From NCBI GenBank assembly GCA_004124295.1, contig SCKI01000009.1, positions 55,325-87,324 on the forward strand: 32,000 bases of DNA. Reading direction: 5' to 3'. A model generated the notes under the pieces. That model ran no database searches. It was not told where the DNA came from and saw only the letters and a list, made by a program, of their open reading frames with translations. Both the position numbers and the translations under genes were made by a program. Origin of the DNA: Fidelibacterota bacterium (GTDB lineage: Bacteria; Fidelibacterota; Marinisomatia; SCGC-AAA003-L08; TS1B11). Shown here in pieces: positions 25,480 to 32,000 of the stretch. How positions within the stretch are numbered: position 1 is the first letter of the stretch; the number at the start of each line of letters is the position of its first letter.

Positions 25480-25932
25480 TCAGGAGCTGAATTCAAAGCG
25501 GACTTCGTGCACCGCGCCACAGCTGCAAGCTACGCGCACGCCAACTATCTCCCCGTCATCGAGCAGGGGCTCAATTTCCGCCTTGCCCGCATGTGCCGAA
25601 CTGTCGGCAGGGAGGGTGGGTATAATCTTCCGGCGGCCCTTCTCCGTGACCAGACGGCTCCTGATGATCTTGCGGTGCCCCAGCGTAGAAGGGGTTACCG
25701 AGTCAAAGCTCGCCTCTTCCCAGGGAACAAATCCGGCATCGTCAGCCGCATCGGGGGCAGAGGGCGCCGCAGCCTGCTTCTTGCCGGGCTGGGAGATATC
25801 TCCGGTGAGGTCCTCGGAGGGGCGCTCTTTATCGGCGGGATTCACGAAGGGCCCGCTTGCCGTTGGGCTGGAATGACTGTGCTTGTCGACAATGCCAAAA
25901 CGCTGATTCCTCTCCACCCTGCCTGAGGGCAT
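25480..25932 (-). CDS. Hypothetical protein (disordered N-half, small C-terminal C-x-C beta module); first gene of the regulatory operon
   Basis: The ORF is followed after 2 nt by the fapA-like start. The C-terminus reads IEPLLDDGEIVGVRVACSCGAVHEVRFEF. The start is uncertain: ATG at 25932 or in-frame GTG at 25917. I recognise no family. Confidence 0.45.
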   Translation of the reverse strand: MPSGRVERNQRFGIVDKHSHSSPTASGPFVNPADKERPSEDLTGDISQPGKKQAAAPSAPDAADDAGFVPWEEASFDSVTPSTLGHRKIIRSRLVTEKGRRKIIPTLPADSSAHAGKAEIEPLLDDGEIVGVRVACSCGAVHEVRFEFSS

Positions 25933-25950
25933 GCTTCATGCCTGGGTAGC

Positions 25951-25965
25951 GCAAAAGCTGTGCCA
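25951..25965 (-). promoter_or_regulatory. Sigma54 promoter (perfect -24/-12 core)
   Basis: The reverse strand reads TGGCAC-AGCTT-TTGC, an exact match to TGGCAC-N5-TTGC. It lies 19 nt upstream of the ATG at 25932 and is oriented toward the regulatory operon. Confidence 0.6.
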
Positions 25966-26699
25966 TTGCAGTTGCGCAAAGGCCCGCAACGAGCCGGCTG
26001 CCCATTCCCTCGGCGGTCCACTCTACCTATGCGTAAGATTAGGGTCTGTACTCATAACTAGGCAATATTTTCCTGTTCATGCCCCACTCCAGCGCAGACT
26101 ATATCTGCCGGCGATGGACTATGGGGCCAATATCACACTTTCATATATTCCCTTGACAACGACCTGATTTTTGCATATCGTTGGACCCCGTCTGTAGAGC
26201 CGATCTGGCTCGGGAGTGAATGTGAGTTTTTGGGTTCAGGAAGGTTGTATTCGCGTGCATATATGTTAAAGCCATTCCATCCGTTCATGTCAAGCAGCCC
26301 GACCTTAGGTGAGACAGGGCCTGCACGAGGCGCCCAACAAGGCTGCCGCCGGTCTGAATGCCTGCCGGAATCTGGCGGCAATGCCGTTCCTGCGTCAGTG
26401 CACCGCGGTGGGAACCCTTTTTGAAGAACTTCCATAGCTTGATCCACACGGAGGTTCCCTATGACTCTGTACCGCAATACCTGATGCAGGTATCAGAATC
26501 GAATCCGCGAATGATTACAAAGGGACCATTACATAGTATGTGTCGCGAGGCGGCCAGAAAAAGGGCCATCTGCTCCAGTGCAGCGATCAATTAGCCACTG
26601 TTTTTGAGGAGACCCATGTCCTGAGAGAAGCATATCTGGGGGTGTGTAGTGAACCGCATAGTGAACAATGAGTAGTAAATATAGAAGGAGTATGATGTC

Positions 26700-27719
26700 A
26701 TGAACAGCAGAACGCAACCCACCCCCACAGCTGCGCGCCTGGCGAAGTCGGCAGTAATCGTATTCATCGCTATCGCTGCCGGCCTGGTGCCCTTGGAAGC
26801 GCAGGGCGCCGAATCCAAAAAAGGAATCTCCGGCAAGGTATATTTCAACTGGACCTACGACGCCGATCCGGATGCTGCGGGATACAATGAATTTACCTTT
26901 ACCCGGCTCTATTTGAGTTACGGGAAAAATCTCTCGGAATCGATAAAAATCACTCTTACGACCGACATCCTGAATAATGGGACACCTTGGGTCGCTTACC
27001 AGAAATATGCCTATCTTACCGCCAAACTGGGCAAGGGCGAGGTGTTTATCGGTCTCCAGGGGATGAATATTTTCAACATCACCGAAAGCAACTGGGGCTA
27101 CCGCTTCCTGGCCAAGTCCAGCATGGACGCGCACAAGTTTGCCAGTTCGGCCGACATGGGGTTGGGATATGCCGCCACTTTTGCCGAAAAGGTGCACTTG
27201 CACCTCACCGTCACGAACGGTAAAGGATATAAGTATGTGGAGAATGACAAGTACAAGAAACTTGCGGCTCAGGCAGTATTCGGTGAAAAATCCTTGGCCT
27301 CCCACAGCGGCTTTAATGCCGGCGCTGCATTCAGTTTTGAGCCGTATGAATTTGGCATCGATATGACCGAATCCATATCGGTTTTGACCGTCTTCGGTGC
27401 TTTCGCAACTGAATCTCTACGGATCGGAGGCGAATTTGACCGCAAGATCGATAGCGGTAAATATACCCAGCAAATCATCGCAGCTTATCTGGACTACCAC
27501 ATTTCGGCTATTCACAAAATGCACGTCAATGTCTTTGGCCGCGTAGAAATCTACGACAAGAACATCGATGAGCCGGGCGATGAACTAAGTATTCTGGCGG
27601 GGCTTAGTATCTCCCCGGTCAAGACCTTGCATATCGCTCCCACGATCCAAATTGGGGAATTGGCGTCTGGCGACCTTGGCCTCAGCGCATTGCAGCTCAA
27701 CTTTGAATTTAAATTCTAG
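26700..27719 (+). CDS. Outer-membrane beta-barrel porin (family not identified)
   Basis: SD GAAGGAG 9 nt upstream. Signal peptide AVIVFIAIAAGLVPLEAQG. Alternating amphipathic strands rich in Y/F/G. C-terminal beta-signal LQLNFEFKF ending in Phe. Confidence 0.6.
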   Translation: MNSRTQPTPTAARLAKSAVIVFIAIAAGLVPLEAQGAESKKGISGKVYFNWTYDADPDAAGYNEFTFTRLYLSYGKNLSESIKITLTTDILNNGTPWVAYQKYAYLTAKLGKGEVFIGLQGMNIFNITESNWGYRFLAKSSMDAHKFASSADMGLGYAATFAEKVHLHLTVTNGKGYKYVENDKYKKLAAQAVFGEKSLASHSGFNAGAAFSFEPYEFGIDMTESISVLTVFGAFATESLRIGGEFDRKIDSGKYTQQIIAAYLDYHISAIHKMHVNVFGRVEIYDKNIDEPGDELSILAGLSISPVKTLHIAPTIQIGELASGDLGLSALQLNFEFKF

Positions 27720-27786
27720 AGCAGGCGCCATGTAATGGCAAGGGTTGGAATGGTCAGGCAATCGATGGAGGCAACGGCACCGCGAT

Positions 27787-28431
27787 ATGATAGTAAAGAG
27801 CAGGATAGACCCGTGGAATACGAAAGTATGGCTAGGATTGATCACGGTGTTGCTAGCGCCTGGATGGGCTCAAATCAATGGGATTTCGAATGAAAAATTA
27901 TCGCTGCCCAATGCAGCCGTACTCGCGGCAGGACTCTTTGAGTTCGAGCCCGGCTATGCCCTGCAAGGTGATGATCGATCAGTGGCCTTCCGGTTTACCG
28001 CCGGATTCGGAAAGTTGGAGGCTGGCGTGAGCCTCGATGGCGCGCTGCGCAACCAGGCCTTCGGGCTGAAAATGGGCTTGTTGCCTGACCGGCTGGCACT
28101 GATTGCCGGGGTGGAATATGATACCCGTTTCCATGATACGGCCCTCGGCATCGTCTATAGCGCCCCAATCAGCGGCAGACTCTTTGCCGATATTTCCGCC
28201 GTGGCAATCAGGCCGCGTGATTGGACCTTTATGGCGGGCCTGGGCTTTTTTGTTTCCGGCCAGCTGCAGCCCATTCTGGAACTGGTGGCCGATCAGAACG
28301 GATTTTCCAACATCAGTTATGGGTTCACATTCCGCCATAACGATAATGTGTTGGTGGTAGTCGGAGTGGAGCAAACGTTTAACCAGGGTGAAGAGCACCT
28401 GATGATTCTAGCCTTCACTTTTTCCATGTAG
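27787..28431 (+). CDS. Putative small outer-membrane beta-barrel protein
   Basis: From the Met at 27787: MIVKSRIDPWNTKVWLGLITVLLAPGWAQ (signal-like). Short alternating strands follow (VAFRFTAGF, LEAGVSLDG, FGLKMGL, ALIAGVEYD, ALGIVYSAP, TFMAGLGFFV, ISYGFTFRH, LVVVGVEQTF, MILAFTF). The start could instead be 27745. Confidence 0.4.
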   Translation: MIVKSRIDPWNTKVWLGLITVLLAPGWAQINGISNEKLSLPNAAVLAAGLFEFEPGYALQGDDRSVAFRFTAGFGKLEAGVSLDGALRNQAFGLKMGLLPDRLALIAGVEYDTRFHDTALGIVYSAPISGRLFADISAVAIRPRDWTFMAGLGFFVSGQLQPILELVADQNGFSNISYGFTFRHNDNVLVVVGVEQTFNQGEEHLMILAFTFSM

Positions 28432-28473
28432 CAATGAAATTCGAGGCAGCGCCTGAATTTTAAGGAGATTCCC

Positions 28474-29214
28474 ATGCGAAAGTCTAACCCCATACTGTTT
28501 GTTGCGCTCTTGGTTGCAGCGGTCCTCTTCGGCCATGTTGCAATGATCGAAGCCCAGGATCTCAGTGCGCTTAAGTCCGGTAACCGGCGCTTCGTAAGAG
28601 GCCTGACCAACCAATCCGCCCGGCAGTACCCTCATCAGGACAAGTCGCGGCTTGATCAGAATGCCACCGGCGGGCAGCAACCCTTCGTAACGATCATAAG
28701 CTGTTCGGATTCACGGGTGCCCGTCGAACTCGTATTTGATGCCGGCTTAGGCGATATTTTTTCAATCCGCATTGCCGGCAATGTCTGCGATATCGACGAG
28801 GCCGGGTCTATCGAGTATGGGGCGGGTCACCTGAACACACCCCTGCTGGTTGTTTTGGGCCACACGGGCTGCGGCGCCGTAACAGCCGTGGTCGAGGGCG
28901 CAGAAGTTCATGGCAGCATCCCCAGGCTGGTGGATAATATTATCCCGGCGGTGGCTCGCGCCAGATCCCAGCACCCTCGCGCCCGCGGAAAAGAGTTGAT
29001 AAATTTTGCGGTAACCGAAAACGTCTGGCAGGGCATTGACGACCTGTTCAAAATAAGCGTGGAGGTCCGCCATCTGGTGTCATCCGGTTCTCTGGATGTA
29101 CAAGGGGCGGTTTATGAACTGGAGACCGGCAAGGTCAAATGGTTGGGCCGGCATCCCGATCAGCGCGCCCTGCTGAGATACACCGGCGGTACGGGATCAC
29201 GCGAAAGTCACTGA
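28474..29214 (+). CDS. Secreted (periplasmic) beta-class carbonic anhydrase
   Basis: SD AAGGAG. Signal peptide ILFVALLVAAVLFGHVAMIEAQ. Beta-CA zinc-site motifs C-S-D-S-R (28703-28717) and H-T-G-C-G. N-terminal GNRRF motif. Confidence 0.9.
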   Translation: MRKSNPILFVALLVAAVLFGHVAMIEAQDLSALKSGNRRFVRGLTNQSARQYPHQDKSRLDQNATGGQQPFVTIISCSDSRVPVELVFDAGLGDIFSIRIAGNVCDIDEAGSIEYGAGHLNTPLLVVLGHTGCGAVTAVVEGAEVHGSIPRLVDNIIPAVARARSQHPRARGKELINFAVTENVWQGIDDLFKISVEVRHLVSSGSLDVQGAVYELETGKVKWLGRHPDQRALLRYTGGTGSRESH

Positions 29215-29321
29215 GAACAGTGAAAACTTTGACCATCCATATATGCTTCTTTGCCAGGGCAATGATTGTGAGCAGCTTAGTTGAATTGCAGATGTGTGAA
29301 TAAGGGCGATTGGAGATTCTT

Positions 29322-31973
29322 ATGAGAAACCGAATTTTTTATACACTTATCATAGGGCTGTTGATGGCGGTAAATCTGCCGGGGCAAAGTTCCCGGAACA
29401 AAGCCCAAGGCCTCAACGCGCTGATGATGGGCAATCAGCGTTTTGTAAACGGCCTAACCGATCAATCGGCGCGGCAGTATCCCCATCTCGACCGGGCCCG
29501 GCTCCGGGAGAACGCCTCTTCGGGGCAGTATCCCTACGCAACCATTATCGGTTGCTCCGACTCCCGGGTACCCATTGAAATTATATTTGATGCCGGCATA
29601 GGCGATATCTTCCCTATCCGGGTGGCCGGTAACGTGTCTGACGTGGACGAAATCGGTTCCATCGAATACGGGGTGGGCCACGTCAACACACCCGTCATGC
29701 TCGTCCTGGGCCATACGGGCTGCGGTGCCGTGACCGCCGTGGTGGAAAACGCCGACGTGCGCGGCAATATCCCGCCGCTGGTAGACAATATCATTCCGGC
29801 TGTTGCCACTGCCCGCTCGAAATACCCGCGTGCCCGGGGGGCGGCGCTGATCAATTACGCCGTGGAGGAGAATGTCTGGCAGAGCATAGCCGATCTCATC
29901 AACAACAGCGCAGAAACTGCGCGCCTGGTCTCCAGCGGCGCCCTCGCTGTGCTGGGAGGTGTCTACCATCTCGAAACCGGCGCAGTCGAATGGCTGGGCG
30001 AACATCCCGCACAGGAGAGTCTGATAGCATCCAGCGGCGGGAGTGGGCAGGCAACTGCCGCGATAACCGGTCGCCGTGCTGGCCAGAGCACGAGCCATAG
30101 CACACCGGCCGACAGCAGAATTCGTAACAATCGATCAACCCAAATAGCATCATCAACGAGTGCGCAGAGGGGAACTGCGCACGCAAGCACACCCACTGAA
30201 GGGGGTATATCAATGGATCTCATTATGATAGTCGGCCTGGTACTGCTGGGGGTAGGGGGACTTTTCTTTGTCCTGACCAAGACCGCCTGGAAGCTGGACA
30301 ACCTGAAGATTCGCTACAAGATCATGACCCTGTCCGCGAGCATCGCGACGGTATTCGCCGTTGCGCTTTTTTACTCCAGCGCCAAGATCGCCAGTATGGG
30401 TGAAGGATTCCGGGAAGTGGAGAAGGTCTATATCCCCCTCATCGGAGTAATGTCCAAAATCGAAGCTCATATGTTCGAGCAGGAGATCAGCCTGCTGCAA
30501 GTGGTTATCGCAGAGCGGGACCATAATGAACAGGCCATGCTGGAGCACGAGGAAGAGTTCGAACATTTGGCGGCCCAAGTCAAGGAGGAAATCCTTGAGG
30601 CCGAGCTAATCGTCCAGGAGGGTCAGCAATTTGCCCAAGATGAAGCCGACGAGGCCTGGCTGGAAGAAACCCTGGAACACCTGAAGAAGATCGACCGGGA
30701 ACACGACGAATTCGACGAGGGCGGCCTGGAGATCTTCGCCCTGATCGCCGCAGGCAATACGAGGGAAGCGAACATGTTGGAAGCGGAAGTTGCGGAGGAA
30801 GGCTTGCAGCTTGCGATGGAGATTGAGGTGTTCCTTGACAGCGTTGAGGTGCGCACCGAAGAAATCAGCGCGCATTTGTCGGCCGAGGAAAAGGCGGCCC
30901 TGCTGGCGGTAATCGTCCTGGCCATCGTCGCTATACTACTGGCCATATTCCTGACATTATTCATGTCAAGCGCCATTACCAAACCCATTGGCCAACTGCT
31001 TGTGGGAATGAAAGCGCTGGGCGATGGGGATCTCACCAGGACGGTGGAAATGGCCAACAAGGACGAAGTCGGCGATATGGCGGAGTACCTTAACGAAGCG
31101 ACAGATAGTCTGCGCGCAACAATGCAAAAAATCATGACCAGTTCCGGACAGGTGCAGGATGCTTCAATACAGATATCATCTGCTTCTGAGGAATTGGCGG
31201 CTGGCGCCGAGGAGCAACAAGCGCAGCTCTCGGAGGTGGCCACTACGATGGAACAGATGAGCGCGATGATATTGGAGTCCAGCAAGAACGCTACCGAGAC
31301 GCGCGAAAGCGCTCAGGCGACCGGCGGGACGGCGCAAGAGGGGCGGGATACCGTTACCAAAACGGTTACGGGATTTGAAACCATGGCCAAAACGGTGGAG
31401 CAAGCCGCCGGCCAGATTCAGGAACTAAGCCGCCGGTCGGAAGAGATCGGCAAGGTGATCCAGGTGATTGACGACATCGCCGATCAGACCAACCTGCTGG
31501 CCCTGAATGCCAACATTGAGGCGGCCCGGGCCGGAGACGCTGGCCGGGGCTTTGCCGTGGTTGCCGATGAGGTCCGCAAACTGGCCGAAAGGACCGTGAG
31601 TGCTACAGCGGAGATTGGCAAAATGATAGAAACTATCCAGAACGATATTCAGACAGCTGTGGGCTCCATGGAAAACCTCCAGTCGCAATCCCAGGAGGGG
31701 CTCGAATTGGTTAATGAGTCCGACCAGTCGCTGGAAAACATATCCTCTTCGATTGAAACTGTCATCAGCGCCGTCGAGCAGATTGCCACGGCAACCAATG
31801 AGCAGAGTTCGGGGGCTGAGGAGATATCCAAGAATATCGAGGGGGTAACGACGGTAGCCAAGGAGTCGGCTTCCAGCGCCCAGCAGATGGCATCCTCGGC
31901 CGAGCAACTCAATCGGGAGGTCGAGGGACTGAACACCCTGATCGCCCAATTCAAAGTCGATGCCGATAAGTAG
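29322..31973 (+). CDS. Fusion protein: periplasmic beta-carbonic anhydrase - linker - TM - complete methyl-accepting chemotaxis protein (helical sensor, HAMP, MCP signalling domain)
   Basis: GGAG 6 nt before the ATG at 29322. Signal-like [17 protein letters not shown]. Beta-CA motifs CSDSR (29553-29567) and HTGCG (29712-29726). S/T/G/R linker. [24 protein letters not shown]-type N-terminus [11 protein letters not shown] plus a TM. An acidic helical domain. [29 protein letters not shown] (ITKPIGQLL...[11 protein letters not shown]). Signalling hairpin [38 protein letters not shown]. No stop codon anywhere in 29322-31970. Confidence 0.85.
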   Translation: MRNRIFYTLIIGLLMAVNLPGQSSRNKAQGLNALMMGNQRFVNGLTDQSARQYPHLDRARLRENASSGQYPYATIIGCSDSRVPIEIIFDAGIGDIFPIRVAGNVSDVDEIGSIEYGVGHVNTPVMLVLGHTGCGAVTAVVENADVRGNIPPLVDNIIPAVATARSKYPRARGAALINYAVEENVWQSIADLINNSAETARLVSSGALAVLGGVYHLETGAVEWLGEHPAQESLIASSGGSGQATAAITGRRAGQSTSHSTPADSRIRNNRSTQIASSTSAQRGTAHASTPTEGGISMDLIMIVGLVLLGVGGLFFVLTKTAWKLDNLKIRYKIMTLSASIATVFAVALFYSSAKIASMGEGFREVEKVYIPLIGVMSKIEAHMFEQEISLLQVVIAERDHNEQAMLEHEEEFEHLAAQVKEEILEAELIVQEGQQFAQDEADEAWLEETLEHLKKIDREHDEFDEGGLEIFALIAAGNTREANMLEAEVAEEGLQLAMEIEVFLDSVEVRTEEISAHLSAEEKAALLAVIVLAIVAILLAIFLTLFMSSAITKPIGQLLVGMKALGDGDLTRTVEMANKDEVGDMAEYLNEATDSLRATMQKIMTSSGQVQDASIQISSASEELAAGAEEQQAQLSEVATTMEQMSAMILESSKNATETRESAQATGGTAQEGRDTVTKTVTGFETMAKTVEQAAGQIQELSRRSEEIGKVIQVIDDIADQTNLLALNANIEAARAGDAGRGFAVVADEVRKLAERTVSATAEIGKMIETIQNDIQTAVGSMENLQSQSQEGLELVNESDQSLENISSSIETVISAVEQIATATNEQSSGAEEISKNIEGVTTVAKESASSAQQMASSAEQLNREVEGLNTLIAQFKVDADK

Positions 31974-32000
31974 AAAGATTCTGTTTACTCTAATGATCGG

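Noticed and set aside
26133-26477. 114-aa minus ORF, and the 78-aa plus ORFs (25931-26167, 26358-26594), in the long spacer
   Set aside because: They have no RBS and no recognisable motifs. Their composition is Arg/Pro/Cys-rich and unlike neighbouring genes. They are treated as non-coding pending tblastx.
26529-27305. 258-aa minus-strand ORF overlapping the start of the porin gene
   Set aside because: The plus-strand frame has an SD, a signal peptide, amphipathic beta-strand periodicity and a C-terminal Phe beta-signal. The minus-strand product has no recognisable features and would begin inside the non-coding spacer.
29215-29321. Sigma28/FliA promoter (TAAA-N15-GCCGATAA) upstream of the chemoreceptor fusion
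   Set aside because: The best candidate is GGCGATTG at about 29306-29313, which matches 5/8 positions, and there is no TAAA at the right distance. This is not convincing by eye.

Overview
GC-rich bacterial window (about 60% GC by eye). I found no rRNA, tRNA, CRISPR array, transposase or integrase. There are three blocks.

(1) Positions 1-17636, minus strand: one tightly packed flagellar super-operon. Gene order is flgB-flgC-(unknown ORF)-fliE-fliF-fliG-fliH-fliI-fliJ-ylxF-like-fliK-flgD-ylxG-like-flgE-motA-motB-fliL-(fliL 3' duplicate)-fliM-fliN/Y-fliO-fliP. fliP runs off the left edge. This is the Bacillus/spirochaete-type order, but without flbD.

(2) Positions 17637-25965, minus strand. 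A repeat-rich spacer holds two tandem META-domain lipoprotein genes bracketed by 60-bp REP-like inverted repeats. Beyond it lies a regulatory operon: unknown 150-aa protein, FapA/DUF342, REC-GAF-degenerate GGDEF regulator, REC-only regulator, PAS histidine kinase, and a sigma54-dependent NtrC-type activator. A textbook sigma54 promoter (TGGCAC-N5-TTGC) sits in front of this operon. A weaker sigma54-like site sits in front of flgB.

(3) Positions 25966-32000. A roughly 770-bp spacer of lower GC is followed by a plus-strand four-gene module: beta-barrel porin, small putative outer-membrane protein, secreted beta-carbonic anhydrase, and one 883-codon ORF. That ORF fuses a second periplasmic beta-carbonic anhydrase, through an extra transmembrane helix, to a complete methyl-accepting chemotaxis protein.

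The carbonic-anhydrase::chemoreceptor fusion and its module form the most unusual candidate system here, possibly CO2/bicarbonate/pH taxis. All calls come from reading the sequence and the supplied translations. No database search was run.
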